DNA of 64,000 nucleotides from Clostridia bacterium (lineage in GTDB: Bacteria > Bacillota > Clostridia > Oscillospirales > CAG-382): NCBI GenBank assembly GCA_017521025.1, contig JAFXEB010000002.1, positions 20,232 through 84,231 of the forward strand, in the 5' to 3' direction. Shown in pieces: positions 47,401 through 56,923 of the stretch. The translations under genes were made by a program, and so were the position numbers. Each line of letters begins with the position of its first letter. Positions within the stretch are counted from its first letter, which is position 1. The notes beneath the pieces were generated by a model. The model was given only the letters and a program-made list of their open reading frames with translations. It was not told where the DNA came from and did no database searches.

Positions 47401-49122
47401 TGGGCCAATAAGGCAAATATGACAGCAACTGCAGACGGTCTTGCATATTTCAATGCATGGAACGGCGGTCACGTCCATTCCGCAGAGGCTATGGATGATC
47501 AGGCTCCCACCTGTACCGAAAACGGCTACACCGGCAGAACGTATTGTGAAGGCTGTGCCTCCGTTGCAGATTGGGGCACCACCGTTGACGCAACGGGTCA
47601 TACCTATGAGCTTAGCGACGGCGTGGTTAAGTGCCACTGCGGCGCTTTGCTGAACGGTGTACATACCGATGGCAAGACCTATGTTGACGGCGTGATTATC
47701 GCCGACGGTTGGACCGAGAGCTATGAGTATTATATGAACGGCGTTAAGCTTATCGGTCTTAACGAGATAGACGGCTACTACTACGACTTCGGCGACGAGG
47801 GCGTTTGCGAGAACAAGGCACGTCTTGACGGTTTCTATTACGACAAGAGCTCTTCCTCCTACAGATATTTCACCGCAGGTAAGATAACCACCGGCGAAGT
47901 CACCATCTTCCCCGAGGTTTACTTCTATGACGCAAATGGCTATGCCGTAAGCGGCAAGGTCGATGTACTGGGCTACACCTGCTATTTCGACGAGAAGGGT
48001 GCTTTTGCCTACTCTGATGACGCAAGCGTTGTTGATGCAGGCTATAGCGGCACCAATATCCAATACGTACTCCTCTCCGACGGTACCCTTAAGGTGGACG
48101 GCGATGGAGTTATGAAGGACTATTCCTCCAGCGGTCTGTACCCTGCCTGGGTTATTCAGAATGATGCAACTGCCATTACCTCTCTCGTTGTAGGTAACGG
48201 TATCACCAAGATAGGTAAATTCGGATTCTACAAGAATGCACATCTCAAAGCCGTAAGCTTTGAAGAGAATTCTTCCCTTGAAACAATTGGCTGGGGCGCA
48301 TTTGGTCACTGCTGGCGTCTTGCCGCCGTTACCATTCCCGCAAGCGTTAAGGTGCTTGAGGAGTATGCGTTCTACGAGTGCGGTGCGCTCAAGAGCTTCA
48401 GCGTTGAGGAGGGCAGCCAGCTTACCACTATCAAGGATTACGCTTTCCAGCACGATATCGGTATAGAAACTGCATATATTCCCGATTCTGCCACCAATCT
48501 CGGCGTCGGTATCTTTGTAAAGGCAAACGCAAGCCTTGTTATCAGCGTTGTTGAAAACTCTGTAGCAGAGTATTACGCTATAGCAAACGGCATTAAATAC
48601 GAGACCAGAGCAGGCAACGTATATCCCGCACACAGCGGTTACTGTAACAGCACTGTTGCTTGGGAGCTTTATCCGGACGGCACTCTCCGTATCGACGGTA
48701 CGGGTGCTATGCCTGATTACACCAATTACGCACAGCAGCCTTGGGCAAACTACCGTCATCTTATCAAGAAGATAGTTATAGGCAAGGATATTACTGCTAT
48801 CGGCAATTATAATTTCGCCTACACCCAGGGAGTTGAAAGCATATACTTTGAGGACGGTAGCGCTCTCGAAAGCATAGGCGTACTCTCCTTCTTCAATTGC
48901 CCTAAGGTAGTAAGCGTAGTTCTTCCCGAAAGCATCAAGACCATAGGCAGTTATGCGTTTGCAGAATGCTTCAATCTTGAAACCGTATATATCCCCGAAG
49001 GCGTTAGCATGATATATCACAACGCATTCAACAACTCTGCCAAGGTCGTTCTTAACGTAAAAGGCGGCAGCTTTGGCGAGGATTTTGCAATAACCAACAA
49101 AATAGGCTACACCGCAAGATAG
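44485..49122 (+). CDS. Large secreted protein: phosphodiester glycosidase (NAGPA-like) domain, Ig-like/beta-sandwich domains, BspA-type leucine-rich repeats
   Basis: SD aaggag; signal peptide; GINASYY, PRQTIG, LDGGGS, PSDGSERSVSNG; C-terminal I...AF..C..L..V.IP repeats. Confidence 0.85.
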   Translation: MKNTSRILSALLCFVMIVGIFPASVIGASAAEVNGKFANSSLTVATEKNSTLAPGITQDAYTVYDSNGDQVKMFITTADMSVDTVKLFASYKDMDPTNYGMSKLTQQVEAFNKKAAAGDEYYQGTVVAGINASYYNMINGKPTGTFVMNGIDVTTESEGNAYGYFAVMKDGSVKIGNKGDYSADKGNIREAIGIYTMLIVDGQICAGLNTVQKYPRQTIGITADGNVILMTADGNQAPKSIGLTVLEQAQVMLDLGCVWAGHLDGGGSCTYAAKPEGSNDFSIANSPSDGSERSVSNGFLIVSTAVSDGKLASASLVAESEYVTPGSAVKLSATGVDSAGGPAEIPEDATWQLEDSSYGTVADGVFTSTGKCGGAVVQLAVGGKVVGEATVNVVIPDTVKFLSSEMVVPYGKSVKLELIATYGPKDVVVKASDFNFVFDNPAVGTIDGFSFTACEENAAVTGSNLTATLVYDETVVATTKLTLGKGSEVVYDFEDGTNQNVYINETPGTKYNYVWPEVTQQVVNGENGKVHGGSFALGADIDYSNSLESGYMKTSIYATETRVFENAVRVGAWIYVSDEWVGLWIRWTLRSVTGYNPDGTPIFASGTINGNNMDTGAGGTGVVYSFDEPGWHYLHVDTSAYSAVGWSANGAMMQLYISDRDGSAYDYVASENSNIPSKFRFYIDDITVDYSTAVDDREAPVFSDITYAVEGMADAAVLNNQTVSSNKVTFGTSVDDYMDKSNFTGIDASTVKAYIDGVEVECAYANGLVSVSDAVLDNGKHTVKFSACDKMGNYGCAYGYITVNSADSNSTVKLVPTNPELDRILLGSIYNMDLVATAIEDVQSVKVTIDLDNNSTWQLDHMTLAEGFEAKYAIDATENIAVIEITRVGENAETGEKAIATLPVRVWSLKTGYVYANGTKQGAQAFTYAQFKSMGEFWRMSVIANVECGVLTRVDGSVSTFTGERVFCDTEMWANKANMTATADGLAYFNAWNGGHVHSAEAMDDQAPTCTENGYTGRTYCEGCASVADWGTTVDATGHTYELSDGVVKCHCGALLNGVHTDGKTYVDGVIIADGWTESYEYYMNGVKLIGLNEIDGYYYDFGDEGVCENKARLDGFYYDKSSSSYRYFTAGKITTGEVTIFPEVYFYDANGYAVSGKVDVLGYTCYFDEKGAFAYSDDASVVDAGYSGTNIQYVLLSDGTLKVDGDGVMKDYSSSGLYPAWVIQNDATAITSLVVGNGITKIGKFGFYKNAHLKAVSFEENSSLETIGWGAFGHCWRLAAVTIPASVKVLEEYAFYECGALKSFSVEEGSQLTTIKDYAFQHDIGIETAYIPDSATNLGVGIFVKANASLVISVVENSVAEYYAIANGIKYETRAGNVYPAHSGYCNSTVAWELYPDGTLRIDGTGAMPDYTNYAQQPWANYRHLIKKIVIGKDITAIGNYNFAYTQGVESIYFEDGSALESIGVLSFFNCPKVVSVVLPESIKTIGSYAFAECFNLETVYIPEGVSMIYHNAFNNSAKVVLNVKGGSFGEDFAITNKIGYTAR

Positions 49123-49220
49123 CCTAAAAGTCTTTTGACTTTTGATAGGTAACAGAACGGGTGGTTGCGACCGAAAATCGCAGCCACCCGACATCTGATA
49201 ATGATATTATCGAGTTTGTT

Positions 49221-50333
49221 ATGAGAGTATTATTTATTAATTCCGTCTGCGGTATCCGCAGTACGGGACGTATCGTTACGGATCTTGCCGACGTATATAT
49301 GGCAGACGGCCATCAATGCAAGATCGCTTACGGCAGGGAAAACGCCCCCGCCGAATATATGGATATTGCCTACAGGATAGGCACGGACACAAGCGTTAAG
49401 ATAAACGCTCTCAAGACCCGTATTTTTGATAACGATGCCTTTTGCGCAAAAGGCGCAACCAAAAGGCTTATTGAATTTGCAGACAATTATGATCCCGACC
49501 TGTTGTGGCTTCACAACCTACACGGGTATTATATTAATATAGAGTTGTTGTTTGAATGGATAAAAAGCAGGCCGCAGATGGAGGTCAGGTGGACTCTTCA
49601 TGACTGTTGGGCATTTACCGGTCATTGCGCCCATTTTTCCGCCATTGGCTGTGAGGGCTGGCGCAGTGGCTGCGGGGATTGTCCACAGAAGGGTGAATAT
49701 CCCAAAAGCATTGTTTTCGACAACAGCAAAAGTAATTACGCAAGGAAGAAAAACGCCTTTCTCGGCGTGAATAATATGACTCTTGTCACCCCCTCTCATT
49801 GGTTGGCTGACCTCGTAAAGCAAAGCTTTCTTGGCGCTTATCCGACGGAGGTGGTGCACAACACCATAGACGTAGACGTTTTTGTGCCCACTAAAGGTGA
49901 CTTCAGAGAAAGGCACGGGCTCGGCAAGACCTTTGTCGTGTTGGGCGTTGCCTCAGCCTGGAGCGAAAAAAAGGGACTTTCCGACTTTGTAAGGCTTTCG
50001 CTCCTGCTCGGTGAGGGCTTCAGGGTGGTGTTGGTAGGGCTTACTAAAAAGCAGATAAAAACCATGCCGCACGGCATACTGTGCATAGAAAGAACCAATT
50101 CAAAGAAGGAGCTGGCGGAGATATATACCGCCGCAGATGCTTTCGTAAACCTGACTTATGAGGATACGTACCCAACGGTGAACCTGGAGGCCACCGCCTG
50201 CGGCACTCCCTGCATTACATATCGCACCGGCGGTAGCGTGGAAAGTGTCCCGGAGGAAAACGTGGCAGAGCAGGGTGATGTTGAAGCCGTTGCAAGGATG
50301 CTTAAAGGGATGAAAGCAGATAAAAGTCAATGA
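49221..50333 (+). CDS. GT4 glycosyltransferase (WcaC-like)
   Basis: STGRI, LHNLHG, WTLHDCWAFTGHC, EDTYPTVNLEA.ACGTP. Confidence 0.88.
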   Translation: MRVLFINSVCGIRSTGRIVTDLADVYMADGHQCKIAYGRENAPAEYMDIAYRIGTDTSVKINALKTRIFDNDAFCAKGATKRLIEFADNYDPDLLWLHNLHGYYINIELLFEWIKSRPQMEVRWTLHDCWAFTGHCAHFSAIGCEGWRSGCGDCPQKGEYPKSIVFDNSKSNYARKKNAFLGVNNMTLVTPSHWLADLVKQSFLGAYPTEVVHNTIDVDVFVPTKGDFRERHGLGKTFVVLGVASAWSEKKGLSDFVRLSLLLGEGFRVVLVGLTKKQIKTMPHGILCIERTNSKKELAEIYTAADAFVNLTYEDTYPTVNLEATACGTPCITYRTGGSVESVPEENVAEQGDVEAVARMLKGMKADKSQ

Positions 50334-51541
50334 ATATCTTATATTTCGGCACCGTTTGCGATGCCAAAAATTATGACAATCTACTAAAAGGCTGTAAGGC
50401 AAAGCCATCGGTCGCTCCGCTGGTTTTTGAAAGCTCCTTTCTTGACGGTATGAAGAAGAACGGAGCGGAGATGGAGATATACTCATTCCCAATGGTGCCT
50501 ACCTTTCCGAACTGCAAGCTTTTGCGTTTTGGCGGCTTTAAGGAAAAGCTTGAATGCGGCTATGAGTGCAGATGGCTGTACACCGTAAACCTGCCGGTGC
50601 TTAAGCAGCTTTCGAGAAAGCTCAGCGGCAGGCGTGCCATAAAGAGCTGGTGCAAGAAGAACAGGGGAGACGGACTTATACTTACCTATTCAGTGCCGCC
50701 CTTTCTCGTTGGGGATGTGCTGAAATACGGAAAAAAATACGGTGTCGGGACGGTCGCCATCATCCCCGATCTTTTGAGGGATATGTACGTAAACGAAAAG
50801 CCGTCCTTACTGACAAGGCTTAAAAATTTGTATATTCGGCCTGCACTCAAAAAGCAGAGCGGCTATGACGGGTACGTTTATCTGACCGAGGCTATGGCGG
50901 AGGTCGTCGCCCCCGACAAGCCCTATACGGTTATGGAGGGCATAGCCCTTTGTGAGAAAGACGCACGAGAGGAGCGACTCGAAAAAGCTTTTCCCTACGG
51001 GATAATGTATGCAGGAATGCTCCATGAGAAGTACGGCATCATAAACCTTATAGACGCCTTTGAAGCCTTGAAGCGTGAGGATGCAGAGCTGTGGCTTTTC
51101 GGGGACGGCAGCGCAAGGGCGGAGATAGAGCGGCGCGCCGCCGCAAACCCAAGTATCCGTTATTTCGGCACTGTGAGCCGAGGTGAAATACTGGAGTACG
51201 AGAAAAAAGCGACCCTGCTTATTAATCCGAGAGACCCTGACGAGGAGTTCACACAATACAGTTTTCCGTCCAAAACCGTCGAGTATATGCTGTCGGGCAC
51301 GCCTCTCATAACTACAAAGCTCAGGGGTATTCCTGACGAGTATTTCGGTTACACCTTCGCTTCCGACGGAAACAGCGTAGCTGAGCTTAAGTCCTTAATG
51401 GAGAAATGCCTGTCTCTTGCCGCTGAGGAGCTTTGCGCTTTCGGAAAAAAAGCATGCAGGTTCATCACGGAAGAAAAGAATTCAAAAAAGCAGGCATTAA
51501 AAGTAATCAATTTCCTAAAAGAGGTGCAGTATGACGCTTAG
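50330..51541 (+). CDS. GT4 glycosyltransferase
   Basis: YAGML..KYGI, INPR, YSFPSKT.EYM.SGTP. Confidence 0.88.
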   Translation: MNILYFGTVCDAKNYDNLLKGCKAKPSVAPLVFESSFLDGMKKNGAEMEIYSFPMVPTFPNCKLLRFGGFKEKLECGYECRWLYTVNLPVLKQLSRKLSGRRAIKSWCKKNRGDGLILTYSVPPFLVGDVLKYGKKYGVGTVAIIPDLLRDMYVNEKPSLLTRLKNLYIRPALKKQSGYDGYVYLTEAMAEVVAPDKPYTVMEGIALCEKDAREERLEKAFPYGIMYAGMLHEKYGIINLIDAFEALKREDAELWLFGDGSARAEIERRAAANPSIRYFGTVSRGEILEYEKKATLLINPRDPDEEFTQYSFPSKTVEYMLSGTPLITTKLRGIPDEYFGYTFASDGNSVAELKSLMEKCLSLAAEELCAFGKKACRFITEEKNSKKQALKVINFLKEVQYDA

Positions 51542-52739
51542 GATAAGTATAAACAAGCTCAGATATGCGCTTGTCTTTGCGTTGCTGTTTTTTGCGGCGA
51601 TGAATTTCAAAGCAAAATTTTTCTATTTTGTCTTTGCCGCTTTGATATCCTTAGGCATATTGCAGAGGAGGCTATTGATAAACGCAGGCTCGTTGGTCTA
51701 TTTAGCGCTGGGCGTGCTTATGGCAGTATATAACTATGACGAGGGCGTTCTGTCTATGGTACGTTGCCTCGCTCCTTTGTCGCTTTATTTGGTTGGATAC
51801 AATATTACGGCGATAATGGAGGGTAAAGCGCAGGACTTTGCTTTTGACGAGGATGCTGCGAAAAGAACAGGGTATTTTTTGCTTATATCAATATCTGCCG
51901 GCTCTTTCTTTCACTATATATTGAATTTTGCCACCAATTACAACAAGTTTCTGGGTAGAAACACTATTGATATATGGACAGGCAGCGTAATGGCGGCTAC
52001 GGGACAGGCAACTCTTGCCTGCCTTATGCTGGGACTTTCCGTGGCAATGATTTTTGCTCCGAAAAAAAGGTCACATCGCTGGATAGGAGCAATCAGTATT
52101 GTTTGTATGATTGCGTATAACCTTGTCCTTGCGGGAAGAACTTTGTTTGTAGTGCTGTTGGTGCTTTTTGCGGTGGCAATTTTGTATATGCGGAAAAGTC
52201 TTACCACCAAGGGAGGCAAGCTAAAGCTTTTTATCGGCTGTATAATGACGGTGCTTTCATTGGCGGTAGCGTATTTTTACAATCTGTTTGGACTTCGCAG
52301 TTATATATCACAATCGAATTTCTTCAACCGTTTTGGCGCCTCTCTTGATATGTTTGCCGAAGACTCCAGCAGGGCAAGCAGCAAATGGGCCTTCATAGTA
52401 AACAGTCTTGAATATCCTTTTGGCGGACTCAAGCTCAGAGAGCAGTATGGATATGCCCATGACCTTTTGCTTGACGGTTACGACGAATATGGACTTTTCG
52501 GCTTCTTACTTTTGGTTTCGGTGCTTGCGCTTGGCGTATGGGAGCTATATAAGTTTTTACGCTTTACAAGCTATTCCCATGAGCTGAAGCTTGCGTATCT
52601 GTGCGTTTACGTTTCGGTATTGCTGATATTCTGCGTGGAGCCTATTCTTGCAGGTATGCCATGGCTTTTTGCTTGTTATTGCCTGATAAACGGTTGCCTT
52701 ACCGGTATGAATATGGCGCATTTCTCAAAAAAACAGTGA
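51531..52739 (+). CDS. wzy: Probable polysaccharide polymerase
   Basis: About 11 TMs, GRT motif, external loop ending AHDLLLD...YG..G; position in the locus. Confidence 0.7.
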   Translation: MTLRISINKLRYALVFALLFFAAMNFKAKFFYFVFAALISLGILQRRLLINAGSLVYLALGVLMAVYNYDEGVLSMVRCLAPLSLYLVGYNITAIMEGKAQDFAFDEDAAKRTGYFLLISISAGSFFHYILNFATNYNKFLGRNTIDIWTGSVMAATGQATLACLMLGLSVAMIFAPKKRSHRWIGAISIVCMIAYNLVLAGRTLFVVLLVLFAVAILYMRKSLTTKGGKLKLFIGCIMTVLSLAVAYFYNLFGLRSYISQSNFFNRFGASLDMFAEDSSRASSKWAFIVNSLEYPFGGLKLREQYGYAHDLLLDGYDEYGLFGFLLLVSVLALGVWELYKFLRFTSYSHELKLAYLCVYVSVLLIFCVEPILAGMPWLFACYCLINGCLTGMNMAHFSKKQ

Positions 52740-52747
52740 GTGATTTT

Positions 52748-53950
52748 ATGAAAATACTTCAGGTTAACACAGTGTATGGCTATGGTAGCACAGGCATGAT
52801 AGCCAAGGAACTGCACGATACTTGCGTTGGAGAAGGGATCAAGTGTCTGTCTGCACACAGATGTGTGTCAAAGGGGCAAGAGGCGCTTGCGGACAGCATA
52901 GCAATAAGCTCCCCCGTTGATATGCGAATACACGGGGCTCTTTCACGTTTTACAATGCATAAGGGACTCTTTTCTTTCTTCAAAACAAGAGCGTTTATAA
53001 AAAAAGCAAAGAAATATCGCCCCGATATTATACATTTGCACAACCTGCATGGCAGTTATATTAATTTGCCGTTGCTGTTTAAGTATATAAAAAGTGAAAA
53101 CATACCTGTTGTGTGGACCCTTCATGACTGTTGGGCGTTTACGGGTATTTGCGCACATTTTTCTGCGGCAGGCTGTGACAGATGGACATACGGCTGCGGC
53201 GACTGCCCTCAAAGAAAAAAACTGTCCTCCTGTCCCTTCGACCTTTCTGCCCGTATGTATTCGTTGAAGAAAAAATGGTTTACGGGAGTGCAAAGGCTTA
53301 CTGTTGTAACGCCGTCAAGGTGGCTTTCGGAGCTTGTGCGTGGGTCGTTTCTTAAGGAGTACTCGGTTGAATGTATATATAATGGGGTAGACCTTGATGT
53401 TTTTCGCCCAAGCCGCTCTGATTTTCGGGAGAGGTACGGTCTCGCAGATAAAAAAATAGTGTTGGGTGTTGCCTTTGGCTGGAGCTACGAAAAGGGCTTA
53501 GACGTGTTTACCGAGCTGGCTTGCAGACTTCCGAAGGACTATGCGATAGTCCTTGTTGGCACTGACGATTCGGTTGACCGCAGTTTACCGCCTCGTATCA
53601 TCTCCATACATCGTACTGACAATACAGCCGAGCTTGCCTCTGTCTATACTGCTGCCGATGTGTTTGTGAACCCTACGAGGGAAGAAGTGTTGGGGCTTGT
53701 AAATATCGAGGCGCTTGCTTGCGGTACTCCCGTTGTCACGTTCAAGGCGGGGGGCAGTCCCGAGTGTATAGACGGCTCCTGCGGCGTTGCGGTAGACATA
53801 GACGACGTAGATGGGATCGAAAAGGAGATACTGCGTATTTGTACCGATGCTCCGTACAGCGTTGACGATTGTGTTAAGCGAGCAAGGATTTTTGATAAGA
53901 AAAAAATGCTTATGGAATATATTGATCTATACAAAAGCAAAAACGCCTGA
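52748..53950 (+). CDS. GT4 glycosyltransferase (WcaC-like), paralog of 49221-50333
   Basis: STGMI, LHNLHG, WTLHDCWAFTGIC, EEVLGLVNIEALACGTP. Confidence 0.88.
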   Translation: MKILQVNTVYGYGSTGMIAKELHDTCVGEGIKCLSAHRCVSKGQEALADSIAISSPVDMRIHGALSRFTMHKGLFSFFKTRAFIKKAKKYRPDIIHLHNLHGSYINLPLLFKYIKSENIPVVWTLHDCWAFTGICAHFSAAGCDRWTYGCGDCPQRKKLSSCPFDLSARMYSLKKKWFTGVQRLTVVTPSRWLSELVRGSFLKEYSVECIYNGVDLDVFRPSRSDFRERYGLADKKIVLGVAFGWSYEKGLDVFTELACRLPKDYAIVLVGTDDSVDRSLPPRIISIHRTDNTAELASVYTAADVFVNPTREEVLGLVNIEALACGTPVVTFKAGGSPECIDGSCGVAVDIDDVDGIEKEILRICTDAPYSVDDCVKRARIFDKKKMLMEYIDLYKSKNA

Positions 53951-53977
53951 GCGTAGAGGTTCTCAGAGGATGGTATT

Positions 53978-55138
53978 ATGAAATTTGCGTTTATATCAAA
54001 TTATTATACTCATCATCAAAAGCCTTTTTGTGAGGCTATGTATGCTTTAACCAAGGGTGATTTCAGATTTATCGCTACGGAGGATTTTTCGGGAGAGCGA
54101 AAGAGTCTGGGTTGGCGTGAAGAGGAGGGCGTTTCATACGTCGTCCAAAAAAACAAGGCGGTAGAAAGCTGTGCAGAAACGGTCAACAACGCAGACGCTG
54201 TTATTCTCGGCAGCGCACCTTTTTCCGATGTGCTTGGCAGACTTGAGAAGGGCGGCACCGTCTTTAAGTATTCCGAAAGAATATTCAAGGGCGGTTACAG
54301 CTATGTCAAATGGCTGCCCCGTGTGCTTCGGTATTATAGAACGTACGGCAGACATAAGGCTTTGTATCTTCTTTCCGCAGGGGCATACGCCGCAGGGGAT
54401 TTCGCCATTCACGGCGTGTTTCGCAATAAAAGCTATAAGTGGGGCTATTTCCCCGAGACAAGGCACTACAAGCCCGAAAGCCTTTTCGGCAGAAAAAACA
54501 CGAGGAGAATACTGTGGTGCGGTCGCCTTATAGGGTGGAAGCATCCTGAGTTGGCGATCAATATTGCCAAGCGCCTTGCAGATGACGGCGAAGAATTCTG
54601 CATGGATATAATCGGTAGCGGCGAGCTTGAGGCTGAGATAGCCAAACGCATAGCCGCTGAAAAGCTTTGTGACCGTGTCTGTCTTATGGGGGCGATGAGC
54701 TCTGAAAGTGTAAGAGATGAGATGGAAACGGCGGGGATATTTATATTCACCAGCGATTTTAACGAGGGCTGGGGTGCTGTGCTAAACGAGGCTATGAACA
54801 GCGGCTGTGCCGTTGTGGCAAGTCACGCCGCAGGTTCGGTACCTTATCTCATCAGCCAGGGTGAAAACGGATATATATATGAAAACGGGAATGAGGATGC
54901 ACTATACCGCAGGGTAAAACAGCTTTTGAATGACGAGGAAAAGCAAAGGCAGTTAGGTGAAGCGGCGTACAAAACCATTGTAGAGCTGTGGAACGGTGAG
55001 CTTGCGGCAAAGCGGCTTATCCATCTCACTGATGAAATAAATAAAAAGGGCTGTTTTGAGCCATATAAGAATGGGCCGTGCAGCAGAGCGGAAACAATGA
55101 CTAACGGTTGGTATAAAGAGGTTAGCTATGACGTTTAG
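53978..55138 (+). CDS. GT4 glycosyltransferase
   Basis: WCGRLIGWK, EGWGAVLNEAMNSG. Confidence 0.9.
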   Translation: MKFAFISNYYTHHQKPFCEAMYALTKGDFRFIATEDFSGERKSLGWREEEGVSYVVQKNKAVESCAETVNNADAVILGSAPFSDVLGRLEKGGTVFKYSERIFKGGYSYVKWLPRVLRYYRTYGRHKALYLLSAGAYAAGDFAIHGVFRNKSYKWGYFPETRHYKPESLFGRKNTRRILWCGRLIGWKHPELAINIAKRLADDGEEFCMDIIGSGELEAEIAKRIAAEKLCDRVCLMGAMSSESVRDEMETAGIFIFTSDFNEGWGAVLNEAMNSGCAVVASHAAGSVPYLISQGENGYIYENGNEDALYRRVKQLLNDEEKQRQLGEAAYKTIVELWNGELAAKRLIHLTDEINKKGCFEPYKNGPCSRAETMTNGWYKEVSYDV

Positions 55139-55628
55139 AGGGCTGAAGATCAGGTGGGTAAACCTGCGTGTCAATAAACATCTTGCCGGTACTAAAGAAA
55201 AGCATTTTGAAAAGAAAAGGCGTCTTCTTAACTCCATAGGTCACGATATAGGCGAGGGCACAAAAATAGTAGGCCCCGTTTATTGCACGGGTAAGCTTGT
55301 AGTGGGAAAAAGCTGTTGGATAGGCAGAAACCTTACCGTTAACGGAAACGGTACGGTAACCATAGGCGATAACTGCGATATTGCCCCTGACGTGGCATTT
55401 CAAACCGGCTCCCACGAAATAGGCGCTCCCGAAAGAAGGGCAGGCAAAGGTTATACAAAGGACGTTTCTGTTGGTAACGGCTGTTGGTTAGGGGCGCACA
55501 GCGTTGTGTTGGGCGGAGTGACCGTGGGAAACGGTTGTGTTGTAGCCGCTTGTGCCTGTGTTGTAAGGGACGTGGCGGAGAACACGCTTGTGGGTGGCGT
55601 GCCTGCGAAAGAAATAAGAAAGATCTGA
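55128..55628 (+). CDS. Hexapeptide-repeat O-acetyltransferase
   Basis: IGDNCDIAPDV, TGSHEIG, VGNGCWLG, VGGVPAK. Confidence 0.9.
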   Translation: MTFRGLKIRWVNLRVNKHLAGTKEKHFEKKRRLLNSIGHDIGEGTKIVGPVYCTGKLVVGKSCWIGRNLTVNGNGTVTIGDNCDIAPDVAFQTGSHEIGAPERRAGKGYTKDVSVGNGCWLGAHSVVLGGVTVGNGCVVAACACVVRDVAENTLVGGVPAKEIRKI

Positions 55629-55630
55629 CT

Positions 55631-56911
55631 ATGATAAGACGGTATTTAAAGAATGCCACCGTAAAAAATGCCGGGTGGCTCATCTTCGGTAAAATAGCAC
55701 AGATGCTTATCAGCCTTGCGGTGGGTCTGCTTACTGCAAGATATCTGGGACCGTCAAACTACGGTCTTATCAATTATGCAGGCGCATACGTCGCTTTTTT
55801 TATGGCGTTTTGCACGTTGGGCATAAACTCCGTTCTTGTAAAGGAATTTATCGACAATCCCGATGATGAGGGCAAGATAATCGGCTCTACCCTTGCGTTG
55901 AGAGCTGTATCAAGTCTGCTGTCTGCGGGAATGATAGTATGCTGTGTTTTGGTTTTAGAGTCGGACGAGCCTACCACCATAGCAGTTACCGCACTCAGCA
56001 CCATAGGGCTTTTATTCAGCATTTTTGAAACCTTTAATTATTGGTTTCAGGCAAAGCTGAAGTCAAAGGTTACCACAATTGTGAGCTTGATAGCTTATAT
56101 TGTGACCTCTGCTTACAGGATAGTATTGTTGGTTTTACAAAAAAGCGTTCAATGGTTTGCAATGGCGAGTGCCATTGATTACATTTGCATAAGCGTCTTG
56201 CTTTTTGTTTGCTATAAGCGTTGGGGTGGTAAACGCCTTTCTTTTTCACGGGATATAAGCAAACGCTTGCTTAGTAAAAGTGTTCACTTTATTTTACCTG
56301 CATTAATGGTTTCTATCTACGGTTACGCCGATAAGTTTATGCTTAAGCACATGCTTTCCGAAGCAGAGGTAGGGTATTATTCCACCGCCGTAACCCTTTG
56401 TACAATGTGGTGCTTCGTGCTGTCCGCTATCATAGATTCGGTGTATCCCTCTATTATGTCCTCTCACAAGGATGATAAGGCGCTTTTCGAAAAGCGCAAC
56501 CGTCAGCTTTATGCCACGGTATTTTATATCTCTGTGGCGGCTTCCGTGATATTTTGCATATTCGGCGGCTTTGCCGTAAAGCTGCTTTACGGTGCCGACT
56601 ACCTCCCTGCGGCTGCTCCCCTGAGGGTTATCACCTGGTACACAGCCTTTTCCTATCTCGGCGTGGCAAGAAACGCTTGGATAGTATGCGAAAACAAAGA
56701 AAAATATCTCAAATATATATATGTTTCTGCGGCTCTCGGCAATGTGGTACTGAATTTCGGGTTTATTCCTTTATGGGGAGCAACGGGTGCGGCACTGGCA
56801 TCCTTGGTGACACAGGTGCTCGCTACGGTGATAGTGCCCCTCTTTATAAAGGATATACGCCGCAATTCTGTGCTTATGCTTGAGGGTATATGCCTTAAGG
56901 GTGTCAGATAA
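55631..56911 (+). CDS. wzx: Polysaccharide flippase
   Basis: KNAGWL, ARYLGP.NYG, DKFML...EVGYYS, IP.WGATGAA.AS; about 12 TMs. Confidence 0.9.
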   Translation: MIRRYLKNATVKNAGWLIFGKIAQMLISLAVGLLTARYLGPSNYGLINYAGAYVAFFMAFCTLGINSVLVKEFIDNPDDEGKIIGSTLALRAVSSLLSAGMIVCCVLVLESDEPTTIAVTALSTIGLLFSIFETFNYWFQAKLKSKVTTIVSLIAYIVTSAYRIVLLVLQKSVQWFAMASAIDYICISVLLFVCYKRWGGKRLSFSRDISKRLLSKSVHFILPALMVSIYGYADKFMLKHMLSEAEVGYYSTAVTLCTMWCFVLSAIIDSVYPSIMSSHKDDKALFEKRNRQLYATVFYISVAASVIFCIFGGFAVKLLYGADYLPAAAPLRVITWYTAFSYLGVARNAWIVCENKEKYLKYIYVSAALGNVVLNFGFIPLWGATGAALASLVTQVLATVIVPLFIKDIRRNSVLMLEGICLKGVR

Positions 56912-56923
56912 GGCGGTTTTGTT

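Noticed and set aside
46960-49194. 744-aa antisense ORF (also 45688-46827)
   Set aside because: Shadow of the strongly codon-biased sense gene; no SD and no recognisable motifs.
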